Origin: Octopus sinensis
Taxonomy: Eukaryota
Assembly: GCF_006345805.1 (NCBI RefSeq)
Contig: NC_043000.1
Location: forward strand, 12,028,001 to 12,092,000
Direction of reading: 5' to 3'
Length of the DNA stretch: 64,000 nt
Part shown: piece after piece, positions 11,433-26,811 of the stretch
Layout: each line of letters begins with the position of its first letter
Numbering within the stretch: the stretch's first letter is position 1
Position numbers and translations under genes: made by a program
Notes under the pieces: model-generated
What the model saw: the letters and a program-made list of their open reading frames with translations, nothing else
The model's database searches: none
Told to the model about the DNA's origin: nothing

Positions 11433-11977
11433 TATATATATATTATATATATATTATATATATATATATGGATGGATGCATGTGTATATATTTGTGTGTG
11501 TTTGTGTTTGTTCCCCTGCCATCGCTTGACAGCCGATGTTAGTGGTTCGGCAAGAGAAACCGATAGAATTAGTACTAGTCTTACAAAAAAAAATTCCTGG
11601 AGCGACTTCTTCGACTAGTATCCTTTAAGTCGTTGCTCCAGCATGGCTGCAGTCAGATGACTGAAACAAGTGAAAGAATAAAAGAATAAAAGAATATACA
11701 TTCGTACATACACACACGCACACACACAAAGGCGTATACGAACACTAGCGCGCGCCCTCGCACACACACACACACACTTTTAAACATGTTTTAGTCTTAT
11801 AGAAATTCTCACTCCATACGGTTAAGAAACTCGCTTTGCATCCACATCATTTCGGGTTCAGTCCCACTGCGTGGCACCTTGGACAAGTGTCTTCTACTAT
11901 AGCTTCGGACCGACCATTGCTTTGTGGGTGAATCTGGCAGACGGAAACTGTGTTGAATCCAATCGTATATAATATAA

Positions 11978-12378
11978 CTAGCAGTATCGCCCGGCGTTGC
12001 TCGGGTTTGTAAGGGAAATAACTATATAAGCATTTTTAGAGAGTTATAGCCAAAAAATAGCAAAAAAATGCATTAAAAATGGAAAACAAATGATGGTAAA
12101 TTTTTTTTAAATCGTTGACTCATCGTAGACATTTTTAGAGAGTTACTTCCCTTACATAATAGCGAAAAAATGCATTAAAATGGAAAAAAATGATGGTAAA
12201 TTTTTTTTTAAATCGTAGACTCATCGTAGACGCGCGCTAATACCCAGAAGGGCTCGATATGAATCACGACTATAAGATACCCGGTTTTGGTTAAACTGCA
12301 CCGGAAAATGTGGGAGTAGTTAGGAATCTAAATCGTAGGAGACAGACACTCACACAACTTCACTTTTATATATATAGA
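11978..12378 (-). mobile_element. Non-autonomous Helitron
   Basis: Minus strand 5' TCTATATATATAAAAG; 3' hairpin CCCG-AGCAACGC-CGGG followed by CTAG; inserted between A and T without TSD; near-identical copy at 49173-49563. Confidence 0.85.
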
Positions 12379-13074
12379 TATATATTCAAATTGAAGGTTA
12401 CAGATCCTGTGATGTTCTAATTCTGTTCTTCCAACTTCCTAATTCATTTCAATTCACATCTGCGGTGAGCCGTCTTGGAAATTCCAAGTGACAACGTAAC
12501 CTTCATTTATTCTCGGCCTGATGATTAGCTAAGCGGAGTAGTCCTCGTTGAATAATTGTTACAACTAAAAAGTATCAACTACCCAAGAAACATATGCAGG
12601 CTGGATTTTACTCGTTTCACACCTTCCATTTTGATTTTTATTCGTCTTCATAGCAACTCTACTTGCTAGCCTTGGGCTATACAGAAACTTTCAGCTTATT
12701 GCTTATTTTCCTTCCTTTTAATATATTTGAAAAATATTGTGTTTTATAGTTTATGGAAATAATAGATGAATTAAAATGATTCAACTTATTCTTATATATT
12801 CATATATATATGTGTGTGTGTGTCTGTGTGCGTGCATGTGTGTATATGTATACATACATACATACATATTTGAGTAGTTGAATGAATTATCTTGTTATGG
12901 ATAATTCGGTTAACCGATACCTGGGTAGCAAATTCACATAAGAGAAGACACGTTTTAGTTTGAACAAACCAAAGGAATTTTGTTAATTCGTCGTTCAACT
13001 CCATTCTTTCATATATTTATATTTTAAAAAAAATACATACATACATATATATATATGTGTGTGTGTATGTGTGT

Positions 13075-13121
<47 letters not shown>

Positions 13122-13267
13122 AAAATGCACTTTTCGTTGTCCAACCACTACCAAGGCTCTGTCAAAAAGTTATTTACGAATTCAGAATATTTTCATTTCT
13201 TTTTTCCTTTCTGTTCAGTTCAGCTACATGTATATTTATATATCTATTAATATATCTTTCTATCTGC

Positions 13268-13702
13268 ATTCCTTTCTGTGTCTTCTTATTTCTGTACTGT
13301 CCACAAGAGGCTACATACAGAGGGGACAAACAAGGACAGACAAAGGGATTAAGTCGATTACCTCGACCCCAGTGCGTAACTGGTACTTAATTTATCGACC
13401 CCGAAAGGATGAAAGGCAAAGTCGACCTCGGCGGAATTTGAACTCAGAGCGTAACGGCAGACGAAATACCTATTTCTTTACTACCCACAAGGGGCTAAAC
13501 GCAGAGGGGACAAACAAGGACAGACAAACAGATTAAGTCGATTATATCGACCCCAGTGCGTAACTGGTACTTATTTAATCGACCCCGAAAGGATGAAAGG
13601 CAAAGTCGACCTCGGCGAAATTTGAACTCAGAACGTAGCGGCAGACGAAATACGGCTACGCATTTCGCTCGGCGTGCTAACGTTTCTGCCAGCTCGCCGC
13701 CT
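13268..13702 (-). mobile_element. Family-B SINE dimer
   Basis: Full unit plus a head-truncated unit, joined at AAAGAAATA|GGTATTTCG (13470/13471). Confidence 0.9.
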
Positions 13703-13979
13703 TTCTGTGTCTTCTACTCTCATAATATCAATAAGTATTTAAACCAAATAACATTTAAAAGATGGGAAAATGGCTACAACCTTTGGTCTGGAATAGCAAA
13801 AAGATAAAAGTGTAACAGTCACAGCTATTTGCTAACTAAGCTTATTTCATTTTAATTGATCTATCTATCGATATATCTTTTAAGGCATGAATTTATAAAT
13901 CTTCATGATATTTTTTTCCCTACATTTCGACTATGCCTGCAATTTGAACGCACAAATGCAAAATAACAGAGATTTTCTC

Positions 13980-14022
<43 letters not shown>

Positions 14023-14149
14023 ATGCCACTTCTTTCCCTCTCAATATATATAGTTCTCCATTCGGGTTATTACCTCCCTTGGCGTAAGCATAACACACAG
14101 ACAAAACAGACAGTCAAGCAGAAACGCATAGAATATTAGATGTTTCTTG

Positions 14150-14590
14150 AAAGGAGGTGAGCTGGTAGAAATGCATAGCAGTATTTCGTCTGCCGTTATA
14201 TTCTGAGTTCAAATTCCGCCGAGGTCGACTTTACCTTTCGTCCTTTCGGGGTCGATAAATTAAGTACCAGCTTCGCACTGGGGTCGATGTAATCGACTTA
14301 ATCCCTTTGTCTGTCCTTGTTTGTCCCCTCTGTGTTTGGCCCCTTGTTTGTCCCCTCTGTGTTTGGCCCCTTGTTGGCAATAAAGAAATAAGAATCGTTA
14401 ACACACCGGACAAAAGGCTTATCGGCATTACTTCCTTCTCTTTACGTTCTGAGTTCAAATTCCGCCGAGGTCCACTTTGCCTTTCATCCTTTCAAGGTCG
14501 ATAAAATAAGTACCAGTTGAGCACTGGAGTCGATATAATCAACTGTCCTTTCCCTAAAATTGCTGGCCTTGTGCCAAGTTTTGAAGCCAT
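14150..14590 (+). mobile_element. Family-B SINE tandem (two units, different tails)
   Basis: Two GTTCTGAGTTCAAATTCCGCCGAGGTC bodies; junction AAAGAAATA|AGAATCGTTA. Confidence 0.8.
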
Positions 14591-14920
14591 ATTGATGTTT
14601 CTTGATAATAGTATGTTTGGGAATATTTTTTCAAATGACTGTCTAGTCATTTCAGTGCTTCTTTCGGCTTTTACTTTCATATTTACCGTTTTGTTTTTAT
14701 TGGAAATATTCCAGGTATAATATCATTGGTGTCTAATCAACTGGCTCTCCCTCAATTGTGATATTTGTTTTGGGTGACCGTGGTTTCTGGCTAATTTCCA
14801 TTGATTTTATTATCTTCATATTCATAACGATTCCATGGGGTATTCCTTTGTCATTTGATGTTGTTACAATGTTTTGGAGGTCGTCTCTGCTCACAAAATA
14901 CTCTTCGGTATTTTGATACA
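14590..14920 (-). mobile_element. RTE-like LINE reverse-transcriptase fragment (decayed)
   Basis: DDLQNIVTT..GIVMNMKIIKSM..NITIEGEPV..YLE..GK..TRQSFEK..LLSRNI resembles the late RT/thumb region of RTE LINEs. Confidence 0.55.
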
Positions 14921-15236
14921 TGTTCGGGCTTACTTGTACTTTCTTGTACTTGTTGCGATGTTCACCCTGAGTGAGTTGAGTCGACTTCGACCAATGAGTT
15001 CACCGCGTCCCTCATAAATGCTGACCGCGGACGCAGTAGCTGTAGTCGTCATTTGTTGTTGAGTTGTTTCAATGGGAATACAATTTCACATGTGGTCCCC
15101 GGTCTCATGCATATACACTTTGAGATAATGCAATCCATAGCAGCTCATCTTGCCATCGATTGTTGATATGAACGCCTCTAATGAGAACCCAAAAAGGTTC
15201 GAAAAAAAATCGATTACGGTTGTTTATATTTTTATA

Positions 15237-15414
15237 GGCGCAGCAGTGGCTGTGTGGTAAGTAGTTTGCTTGCCAACCACATGGCTCCGGGTTCAGTCCC
15301 ACTGCGTGGCACCTTGGGCAAGTGTCTCTACTATAGCCTCGGGCCGACCAAAGCCTTGTGAGTGGATTTGGTAGACGGAAACTGAAAGAAACCTGTCGTA
15401 TATATGTATGTATG

Positions 15415-15498
<84 letters not shown>

Positions 15499-15690
15499 TG
15501 TATATGTGCATATGTTTGTGTGTCTGTGTTTGTGCCCCCAACATCGCTTGACAACCGATGCTGGTGTGTTTACGTCCCGTCACTTAGCGGTTCGGTAAAA
15601 GAGACCGATAGAATAAGTACTAGGCTTACAAAGAATAAGTCCTGGAGTCGATTTGCTCGACTAAAGGCGGTGCTCCAGCATGGCCGCAGA
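15237..15690 (+). mobile_element. Family-D SINE with internal (TA)n
   Basis: Full head GGCGCAGCAGTGGCTGTGTGGTAAG..GGTTCAGTCCC and a typical tail. Confidence 0.9.
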
Positions 15691-16167
15691 CAAATACTGA
15701 GAGTAGATTTAATCGACTGTACCCTTCCTTTAAGGCATTATGTCAATATCATAGAGAATACTAAGGCGGTAAGATGGTAGAATCGTTAGCATGATGGGCA
15801 AAATGCTTAGCGGAATTCCGTCCGTCCTTACGTTCTGGGTTCAAATACCGCCGAAGTCGACTTCCGGGGGTTGATAAAATAAGCACCAGTTGTGCACTGG
15901 GGTCGATGTAATCGACTTAAGCCCTCCTTCGATGTTTCTGGCCTTGTGACAAAATTTGAAACCAATATCATAGAGAGTACTTATGATATTGCTCTTCTTG
16001 TTTCTATTTGCCTTCGTACATGTATTTGAACGTTATGCTTTAAACAACCTTAACTGAGAAAAGAAGACGAAGACATAATCGAAATTCTTAACATAATGAA
16101 ATAAATGTTATGGTGAACCGCAAATTTATGCATCCGTATAAAATAAGAAATTTCCACAAAACCTTCT

Positions 16168-16285
<118 letters not shown>

Positions 16286-16321
16286 TAATAATAACAATAA
16301 TAATAATAATAATAATAATAA

Positions 16322-16785
16322 TGGCTTCTGATCTTAACTGATTGGAAGTATTATCATGTACATTGTTTTGTCTTGGTATAAAAGATGGGCTACAGCAAAT
16401 ATTCTGCTCAATACCACAGATTTGATTGTCAGTTGTTTAACCTTAACCAGTCGAGCATGTCCCTTAGTGGCTGATGATATGTGCATCTCTGACCACGAGC
16501 AGAAGTAGTGGTGGAACATCATAGTAGTGTGTTGAAAGGAATTTTTAGAGGTTTGAATAATTCACCTTTGGAAACATGGGTAGTTCATTCAACATCCTTA
16601 AACAATCCTTATTCAGCGACCTTTTTGAGCGGAATAAGCTACTCGACCAGAAGAAAATTCTAATAGGGCCCCACTTGCAAGGTCATACGCTGTTTATCTT
16701 GATATGAGATCAGCATGTCGCGCACATATGCTTGTGATGCTTGTGCCTGGTGTACCCTTATCAGACGGGTAGTCATGATGGGTAT
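16322..16785 (+). mobile_element. Non-coding retroposon (LINE 3' UTR or SINE) inserted in (TAA)n
   Basis: 16548-16785 is highly similar to 24227-24465; the second copy ends CTCTCTCACTC(AAT)n. Confidence 0.7.
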
Positions 16786-17524
16786 AAAGGGAGATAATAA
16801 AGTGGTGGTGATCCCAAAACGAATGTGCGCGTGCGTGTGTATAAGAGAGTTTGTATGTACTTGTGGAAGAGGGCTGGTGATCTTGACCTGTGCATGTGTA
16901 GGTGTGAAAATATGGGTCAGGGAAGTGGTCAGTGCTGATGTGTGCGTGGTGGTGTATTGTGATGTGGTGTGTTGTGTGGTATGGTGGTGTAAGGTGTAGT
17001 AGTGTGTAGTGTGGTGTGATATATATATATATATATAATTGGGAGGAAATGTAGTTTAGTGGTTAGGGCGTTGGACGCGAGATTGTGGTTTCGATTTTTG
17101 GCTCTTGTGTTCTTGTGCAGAAAACATCTCATGTTGCTCCAGTTCACTCAGCTGGCAAGAACGAGTATTCCTGCCACAGAGTGTGTCCAGTCCAGCGGAA
17201 AACCGGCCTATGACGCCTTAAGAAGAAGCTTTAAACTATCCACTCATAAGTGACACTCTGTCACTAAAATTTTAAAATAGTTTAAATTTTAATTAAAAAT
17301 AGAAAGTCAAGACTATTGAAAAAGTTGCAAGACGCAACGAAAATTTTAGGAAAATAAAAATAAGAAATAAGTGGAAATTTTACCGGTGAGTGTGTTACAT
17401 TATAAGGCACAAAAAGAAAATGACTCTCCCCAGACACAACAGAATATGCTTCAACACACGAAATCATATAAAGAATCTTGCAAACCAAATTCAAAAACGA
17501 AATAATTAAAAACAGTTTTCTGTA

Positions 17525-18590
<1,066 letters not shown>

Positions 18591-19294
18591 TTGGCGTGAT
18601 GCGAAAATTCTAAGCGTTGATTTGAAATCAGTACCCAAATATTAAATGAAATGGACACCGACTTGGAAAAGAAAAATGAAGTGTTTAAAATTATATTTCA
18701 AAATGCAACACAGTGTTAAATATATAGAGGAAGAGAAAATGTATTGGATGCTAGAGAGGTATGCTTGGTGTGCAACTACCTCCCAGCCATATCCCGTCCA
18801 ATTACGCTTTTCTTCTATCAAATCTATTGGTTAGAATGGCCGTAAGTCTTGCAAATTCGGTGACACTAGCTGCTGTTGGTGTTTTTGTTGTTGTTGTGCA
18901 TGCTGCTGCAGCAAGAATTAGTGTTGGTATTGGTGCAAGTGTTGGTGTAGGGTGGCGTAGTCATCGCCATAGCTGGACTTGAAGCGATGTTAGAATATGC
19001 ACGGACACCAAAGAAAGCAGACGAGAGGGAACGGGAGGTGTAGAGTGAGGAGTAGAGATAGAGAGGACAGATAGAGAGAGAGAGGGGGCGACAGAGAAAG
19101 GAAGGGTGTGTGGAAGAGAGGGAGTGGGATGAAGGAAATATAAGGCGGCAGTAAAGGAAGGAGAAGGAAGTGTGATGGTTGATAAAATGGTGGCGGTAGA
19201 GAAATAGAGAAACTGGAGAATAGTAATGGAAACAAACAGAATGGAAACAAACAGAATGGAAACAAACAGAATGCACAGAGAAGCAAGAGAGAAG

Positions 19295-19296
19295 AG

Positions 19297-19353
<57 letters not shown>

Positions 19354-19430
19354 TGTGAGTGTGTGTGTGTGCCCGTGCATATCAGTATGTGTGCAAACAG
19401 ATAGATATGCATAAGCATATACATACATAC

Positions 19431-19486
<56 letters not shown>

Positions 19487-19580
19487 CTATATGTGCATGT
19501 ATATTTTTATATATATGCATTTGTATTTGAATATATACATGCGTGTATATATGTATAATGTACGTACGAATGTGTGTATC

Positions 19581-19659
<79 letters not shown>

Positions 19660-19685
19660 TGCATGCCATTAATCCTATATATAAA

Positions 19686-19718
<33 letters not shown>

Positions 19719-20100
19719 ATATATACGCATTTGTATATTTTCTCTGTCTATTTGCCTATCTGCTTGGCTGAGTGTCTGTATGTCTGTATATATGTATGTA
19801 TGTATGCATATATGTATGTATCTATGTATGCATGCATGTATGTATGTATGTATGTATGTATGTATGTATGTATGCATATATGTATGTATCTATGTATGCA
19901 TGCATGTATGTATGTATGTATGTATGTATGTATGTATCTATGTATGCATGCATGCATGCATGTATGTATGTATGTATGTATGTATGTATGTATGTATGCA
20001 TGCATGCATGCATGTATGTATGTATGTATGTATGTATGTATGTATGTATGTATGTATGTATGTGAGCATGCCTCTCCATGTACGTACGTATATGTATAAC
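19295..20100. repeat. (TG)n/(TA)n/(TATG)n microsatellite block
   Basis: Direct inspection. Confidence 0.95.
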
Positions 20101-20289
20101 GTATTCCTGTGTCAGTTTTCTTTTTCTGTTCTTTTTCTTTTCTATTTAACCGCATACACTTGAGTTCTTCGGAGGTATTTTTGCTTTGACAAAGAGATTA
20201 ACTACGCATTGACTAATTCGTTATTCGAACCATTCGAAAGATTGGTTAATATAAAAGAATAATAATAGCAACAATAATAATAATAATAA

Positions 20290-20746
20290 TAATAGTCCTT
20301 TCTACTATAGGTATTAGGCCTAAAATTTATGAGGAGGGGTTAAGCCAATCACATCGATCTCAGTGCTTCACTGGTACTTAATTTATTGACCCTGTAAGAT
20401 AAAGGGTGAAGTCAACCTCGGCGGAATTTGAACTCAGAACTTGAAGACGGACGAAATGCTGCTAAGCCTTCTGCGCGGCGTGCTAACGACTCTGCCAGAT
20501 CGTCGCCTTCGTTGATAATGATAGTAATGATCCTTTCTTCTATAAGCACAAGGACTGAAATTTTTGGGAAGGGGATAAGTCGATTACATCGACCCCAATG
20601 CGAAACTGGTATTTATTTCATCGACACCCCCGAAAGGATGAAAGGCAAAGTCGACCTCGGCGGAATTCGAACTCAGAACGTGGCGTCGGACGAGATACCG
20701 CTAAGCATTTTGTCCAGCGTCCCAACGATCCTGCCAGCTCGTCGCC

Positions 20747-20750
<4 letters not shown>
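20290..20750 (-). mobile_element. Two older family-B SINE copies with (TTA)n-type tail
   Basis: Two diverged GTCGACCTCGGCGGAATT bodies, each with the CCTTTCTACTATAGG tail variant. Confidence 0.8.
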
Positions 20751-20805
<55 letters not shown>

Positions 20806-20806
<1 letters not shown>

Positions 20807-21790
20807 GAAAGATGAAAGATGAAAGACTACGAAGCTTCGAAATTAAATGGTGAGAATAAGATTGAAGCTATCAACACCTGGGCGGTTTCACTCCTTAGAT
20901 TTGGAGCAGGGGTAATCGCATGGACAGTAGACGAACTAAACAGCTTAGATAGAAAGACAAGGAAGATGCTGGCTAGATATGGGATACTCCACCCAAAAAG
21001 TGACACAGACAGACTGCATGTACAAAGGGAGAAGAGGACTGATTGGATGCGAACACAGCACTAGAGCAGAAGAAAACAACATAGCATGGTATGTAAAAAG
21101 TGCCACAGAACCACAATTATTGGAAATAAGAAGGTCAGACTTGTGTAGGATGGAAGATTGCTAAGATAAAGCACTGTACAAGCACTTGAGAATGAATGAA
21201 ACTGAAAATAGGTGGATAAAGAAAAGAATGCATTGTCAATTCCATAGGCATACTGAAGATAAGACAGACAGAGAAGAAAGATGGCTATGGATGACTAAAA
21301 GTGATTTAAAACTGGAAAACGGGGGCTCTAATCTGTGCTGCCTAAGAGCAAGTTCTAAGAGCCGAATTACATCAAATACAGAACAGACAACACATCAGAA
21401 AGTGCTAAGTGCAGAATCTGTGGACAAAACGGTGAAACCGTATGGCATATTACCAGTCAATGTACGCCACTAGCCCAGAAAGAATATAAGAGACATCATG
21501 ACAATATAGTAAGGATTGTCCATTGGACACTTTGCAACAAGTATAGACTTGACAGAGCAAAAAATGGTACGAACATAAACCCGAAGGCATTATCGAAAAT
21601 GATAACGCAAAGATCCTATGGGGTTTTATGATTCAGTGCGACCATGAAATGGAGAATAGGAAGCCAGTCATTGTGTTAAACAGAGAAAGAAAGCAAACGA
21701 TGCTGGATCATAGATATAGCATGCCCAGCTGACAAGGTATGCGATAAGGAAGAAAGAATATTCTATAGATATGACAGGTTAAAATTCGAT
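20806..21790 (+). mobile_element. R4/Dong-clade (RLE-type) non-LTR retrotransposon fragment
   Basis: SKLNGENKIEAINTWAVSLLRFGAG..LDRKTRK..LHPKSDTDRL, a CCHC knuckle (CRICGQNGETVWHITSQC) and RKP-IV..IIDIA endonuclease motifs; starts directly after (TAA)n. Confidence 0.9.
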
Positions 21791-23060
21791 AGATATGAAG
21801 GAGTATATCAGAAGGGCAAGGAAGCTAAATGATCAAAGCTAAAATGAAATCAAAGCTAAATGATCCAAATCTAGTGAAGGCGTTATCTTGGACAGTATCT
21901 TTACTTCGATACTCAGCAACTTTTGTAGATTGGACAAAACCTGAATTAGCAAAGCTAGACAAAAGAATTAGGAAGGAATTCAATATGAATGGAGAACTCC
22001 ACCCAAGGGCAGGAGTAGCAAGATTATACTTACATAGAAAAGAAGATAGCTAATATCAATAGAAGACTGCATGGTTAGCTAGAATAGACATAGACTCCTG
22101 TGTAGGTAATAATGAAGAAAGTTTATTAAGAGCTACTAGAGTCACAGTAAGAGATGGGGAAACCAAACAAAAACGAAGTTAAAAATCAGAAAAAAGAACA
22201 AAAGTTATATGACTGGCAGGAGAAGGCTTTCAATGGTAAGTTCCCAAAAATAGTTGCAGCAAATAGTAGTGAGGCATGGTTATGGTTGCAGAAAGGAAGG
22301 CTGAAAAGAGAGACAGAAAGTTTGTTAGTAGCAGCACAAGATCAAGCATTAAGGACTAATTGGATACAAGTCATGATAGATAAAGAAAAACCAAGTAGAT
22401 TCCCAATGCAAGTTATGCAAATCAAAAGAGGAAAGTGGTATTCATATAGTGAATGTAGGAAGCTGGTACAGAAAGAATACAAGAAAAGACATGACAACCT
22501 AGGGAGAGTAATCCACTAGAAAGATAGGATTTAACCATACTGATAAATGGTATGAACATGAATCTAGTAGAGTACTAGAAAGTAAGAAATACAAGATGTT
22601 GTGAGACTTTAACATTCAGACTGACAGAGTAATAGAAGTTAGAAGGCCTGATTAGTAGTAGTAGTAGTAGTAGTAGTAGTAGACAAAGAGAATAGAAGGT
22701 GCCAGATAATTGACTCTACAGTCCCAAATGATAAAAAATCAATATGAGAGATATAGAAAAAAAAAGCAAGGTACCAGGACCTAGCCATTAAATTACAGAG
22801 ACTATGGAAAGTGCGGGTAAAATGTATCCCAGTAGTTATAGGTGCATTAGGAAACTATCCCTAAAGATTTGAACAGATGGATAGAAGAAATAGGCATGAA
22901 ACCCAGTTTAGTACAGCTCCAGAAAACAGTGTTTTTAGGGACAACAAGGATACTAAGGAGGGTTCTTGGCATCTTAGGTTACTTGCTGTAACCCGATGTT
23001 AGGATTTGTTTCTTTTCCAACAGTCTCATCTGTTGTGTGTATATGAAAATAATAATAATT
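21790..23060 (+). mobile_element. Second R4/Dong-clade fragment (different subfamily) with 3' end
   Basis: LHPRAGVARLYL, KRETESLLVAAQDQALRTN, YKKRHDNLG, RRPD, KYQDL, IPVVIGALG, LQKTVFLGTTRILRRVL*, then a (TAA)n tail. Confidence 0.9.
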
Positions 23061-23400
23061 TCCCAGACATAATGGTCAAGGATTGAGGAATAAATATCTG
23101 ATTATTGATGGACATTACAGTCCCTTCTGATCAAAATATTGTCAAAAAGAGAAGTGGAGAAATTGTCAAAATACAAAGACCTCGGAATTGAAGTATTTAA
23201 AATGTGAGGCATGAAGGTGAAAACAATATCAGTAATAACTGGAGCATTGGACATAACAAAAAAATCATATGAACAAAAATGTAGAAGCTGTTTCCTCAAC
23301 GCTACACACTGTCCAAAAAATAGCCCTACCAGGAACAGTCCACATCCTGTGCAAGACACTATCAATCCAATAATACAACCTAAACAAAACAACCCATAAA
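23060..23400 (+). mobile_element. Third R4/Dong-clade endonuclease/3' fragment
   Basis: PDIMV..EKLSKYKDLGIEV..VITGAL..QKIALPGTVHIL. Confidence 0.75.
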
Positions 23401-23750
23401 TACAAGACACACTCTGTACAGCATTTAGCCAGTGAAATAAACTCCCACCAGCAATCCAGAAAACCAAAGCATTACTCACTCAACACACAATACAAGCAGT
23501 AAAACAACAAAAGACAGCACCAGACCCTAAGGGAAAAAAAAGACAGCACAATACAGTAGCGGGAAGAGTTTGCGCACACCCAACAGCAAAAAAGAACACA
23601 CAATGCCGCACACACTCCAGCAACAAAATTGCCTCAATTTACTAAATATTGAACAGTTTTATAATGATGATGATGATGATGATGATGATGACGACGACAA
23701 CGACGACGACGATGATGATGATGATGATAATAATAATAATAATAATAATA

Positions 23751-23784
<34 letters not shown>

Positions 23785-24074
23785 GATGACTATGGGAATG
23801 ATGATGATGATGGTGGTGGTGGTGGTTTGAAGTGAGAGATAAAAAGACTGAAGCCATTGAAGAAGGAGAGTGTTTTACCTGTTGCGGTCAAAAACTAGAT
23901 TGAAAAGATAAGAGTTAACACGAAGATAGAGCAGGTACAGAAGATAGCGTTGCTTGGAGCCACACGAATCCACCTACGAAGTCATAGAAATCTGGATCAA
24001 GGGGTGTAGACAACAAACACTCGGTTACATCCTGCAGCGAAGGTACTCTGTTAAATAATAATAATAATATAATA

Positions 24075-24128
<54 letters not shown>

Positions 24129-24169
24129 TGATGATGATGATGATAATAATAATAATCATTATAATAATA

Positions 24170-24225
<56 letters not shown>

Positions 24226-24226
24226 G

Positions 24227-24522
24227 GGGTTTGAATAGTTCACCTCTGGAAACATGGGTGGTTCTTTCAACATCCTTAAACAACCCTTATTCAGGGACCG
24301 TTTGAGCGGGATGGGTTACTCGACCTGAAGAAAATTCTAACTGGGCCCCACCTGCAAGGTCATGTGCTGTTTATCTTGATATGAGATCACCATGTCGTGC
24401 ACATATGGTTGTGATGCATGTGCCTGGTGTACCTTTATCAGACGGGTAGTCATGATGGGTATATTGGGCTTCGTATATTTTACCCCAGTGTCACTTTGAT
24501 GGCATGAACTGCTCTCTCACTC

Positions 24523-24530
<8 letters not shown>
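24227..24530 (+). mobile_element. 5'-truncated copy of the 16322 retroposon in (TAA)n
   Basis: Flanked on both sides by (TAA)n; matches 16548-16785. Confidence 0.75.
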
Positions 24531-24560
<30 letters not shown>

Positions 24561-24899
24561 TGATGATGATGATGATGAGGGTGATGATGATAACAAACTA
24601 AACAACATTTAATAATATCACACAGTATTAAGAACAAAGATGGTAGGCTTAGCTAAATAACGGTTATACTGACGCCGTGGCTACAAAGGTTAGCCACAAC
24701 GAAACAGATCAAGGCACTATTGGTGGTAACTAACGATGAACAGTGTTGTAATGGCAAGGTTAAAGTATCTGTAATGGTATTAATGGCGGAGTTGACAATA
24801 GTGGCAGAGACAGCAACCGTCTCTACATCTGCCACAGTACAGGGCTCAATACTAATAATTTTAATGTAGCACAAATATGTCTTACGAAACATTAAGGAA

Positions 24900-26150
24900 A
24901 ACTATAACAGTACATTAAATCGCTTGTCCTATGGTTAATCTGGAAGCGCGTCCTCCCGGCGAGAGACAGCCTGGGGTCGAAAAGTCATCCACTGGCACAG
25001 ACTCTTCTCTGAATACGAACCTGGATGGTCACTTGAATGGGAACTGCTCCAATTCGAGCCCTCCAAGTCTACCACCAAACCCACCACAGAAAAAAAAATT
25101 GCAAGTGGATCAAATGGACTCGAGAAGAGTATACAAAAGTAATATTATACTATTACTATACATTAGGCTGGCCATCTGAAGAGAAACACACCGCACACTC
25201 TCATCAAGTATGGAGAACACGGAATTAAGACAGCAGACTATATCTGAGCGAAAACAAGCCAACAAATGTTAGGAGGGATATCTTCAGAAGTAAAAGACTT
25301 ACAAATAGTGAAATAACCGCGATCAAGCGCGCAGCGGAAAATGACCTAAATATAAGACAGAAAGGAAATAAAGAACCAGACGAAGAGAGCAACTTTCCAC
25401 GAGTCTAAATTGAAAGACTGCCATCTAACCAGAGCAGCAAACGTCTGAAAAATAAATTGTAAATAATCTGATAAAGATAGCAAGGAAAGTGGTAAAGAAG
25501 CAATATTTGAAGACTACATATTTACTGAAAAACATAGAAAGTCTATGATAGAAATGAAGCAGAAAATCCTGAATAAGCTTACAGTTGTAAGACACGCTAA
25601 CAGTCTTGATAGAGAACCACTTCATAAACTCTCAAATACAATCCAAAATAGAAAACAAATTAAAATTGGAAACTGTGTAACAAAAGAAATTATACAAGAG
25701 TTAAAACCAGATCTCACTGAATTAAACGAAATTATTTACGCAGCTGCTAAGACAATTAAAGCCAGTAGTATGCCTCTGAAAAAAACAAAAACAAAACAAA
25801 ACAAAGAAATACAAACCTGAGAAGAATTCTAAACTGGAAAAGTAAAATTGAAAAAGAGATTGAAATAATGAGAAGTGAAATATCAATATTGAATGAACTA
25901 ATTTGTGGACACGATGTAAAACTTAGAAAAGGAAGAAAGAGGAAGAGAAAACATATATTCTCTCCAAGAGAATAACTACTTTCAGTAAAAGAAACACTGC
26001 AATAAAAGGTCCAAGCAAAAGTTCGAAGAATACGAAGATTTGAGAAGAGAAATAAGTTTTACAAGCAAAATAAGCTGTTCCCATGCAATGCGAGAACATT
26101 CTACAGAAAAATAAGGAAGGAAAAAATAACGGTTGAGACCGTTGAGACCG
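24900..26150 (+). mobile_element. R4/Dong-clade N-terminal region (decayed)
   Basis: IKWTREEY..YY, LNEIIYAAAK, KIEKEIE..RSEISIL and KVQAKVRRIRRFEKR..FYKQNKLF..FYRKI are typical of the pre-RT region of this clade. Confidence 0.75.
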
Positions 26151-26370
26151 CTCTCAAAAATTAAGTAAAAAAAACCCCGGAAAAATGATCCAGAATCCAT
26201 GTCCGGTATCGGATCGATCCCAAAATCTAATCAGTTCGTGCCAGTCGCAGGGTCAAACATTCCTGAAAGTTTCAACCGAATCCATCCAGTGGTTCTTGAG
26301 ATATCTTGTTCGCGGACAAATAAACAGACTGAAAACAATACCTCCGACATCGCTAACGCGGAGCTTTAAT
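26150..26370 (-). mobile_element. Helentron-associated (HINE/DINE-1-like) element, 5' part
   Basis: Reverse complement of 37932-38165. Confidence 0.65.
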
Positions 26371-26371
26371 A

Positions 26372-26780
26372 ATATTCCTTTCTACTATAGGCACAAAGCC
26401 TGAAATTTTGGGGGAGGGGGATAGCCGATTACATCCCCCAAAACCCCAATGTTCCTCTGGTACTTAATTTATCGACCCGGAAAGGATGAAAGGCAAAGTC
26501 GACCTCGGTGAAATTTGAACTCAGAACGTAAAGGTAGACGAAATACCTATTTCTTTACTACCCACAAGGGGCTAAACACAGAGAAGACAAACAAGGACAG
26601 ACAAACGGATTAAGCCGATTACACCGACCCCAGTGCGTAACTGGTACTTATTTAATCAACTCTGAAAGGATGAAAGGCAAAGTCGATCTCGGCGGAATTT
26701 GAACTCAGAACGTAGCGACAGACGAAATGCCTCTAAGCATTTCGCCAGCGTGCTAACGATTCTGCCTGCTCGTCGCCTTC
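26372..26780 (-). mobile_element. Family-B SINE dimer
   Basis: Same junction (26547/26548); the distal unit carries the (TTA)n-type tail. Confidence 0.85.

Positions 26781-26811
<31 letters not shown>

Larger units (their letters stand above)
11031..11697 (+). mobile_element. tRNA-derived SINE (family D) with internal (TA)n hosting a Penelope-like insert
   Basis: Head GGCGCAGG..CAGTTCCACTGCGTGGCAC..GACGGAAACTG, internal TA array, tail ..CTCCAGCATGGC..GACTGAAACAAG(TAAAAGAA)n. Confidence 0.85.

Noticed and set aside
12518-12524. CTGATGA motif
   Set aside because: No downstream GAAA or pairing stems.
24920-25000. HDV-like ribozyme at the 5' end of the R4/Dong fragment
   Set aside because: A TCCTCCC loop-like motif is present but P1/P2 pairing could not be built convincingly.
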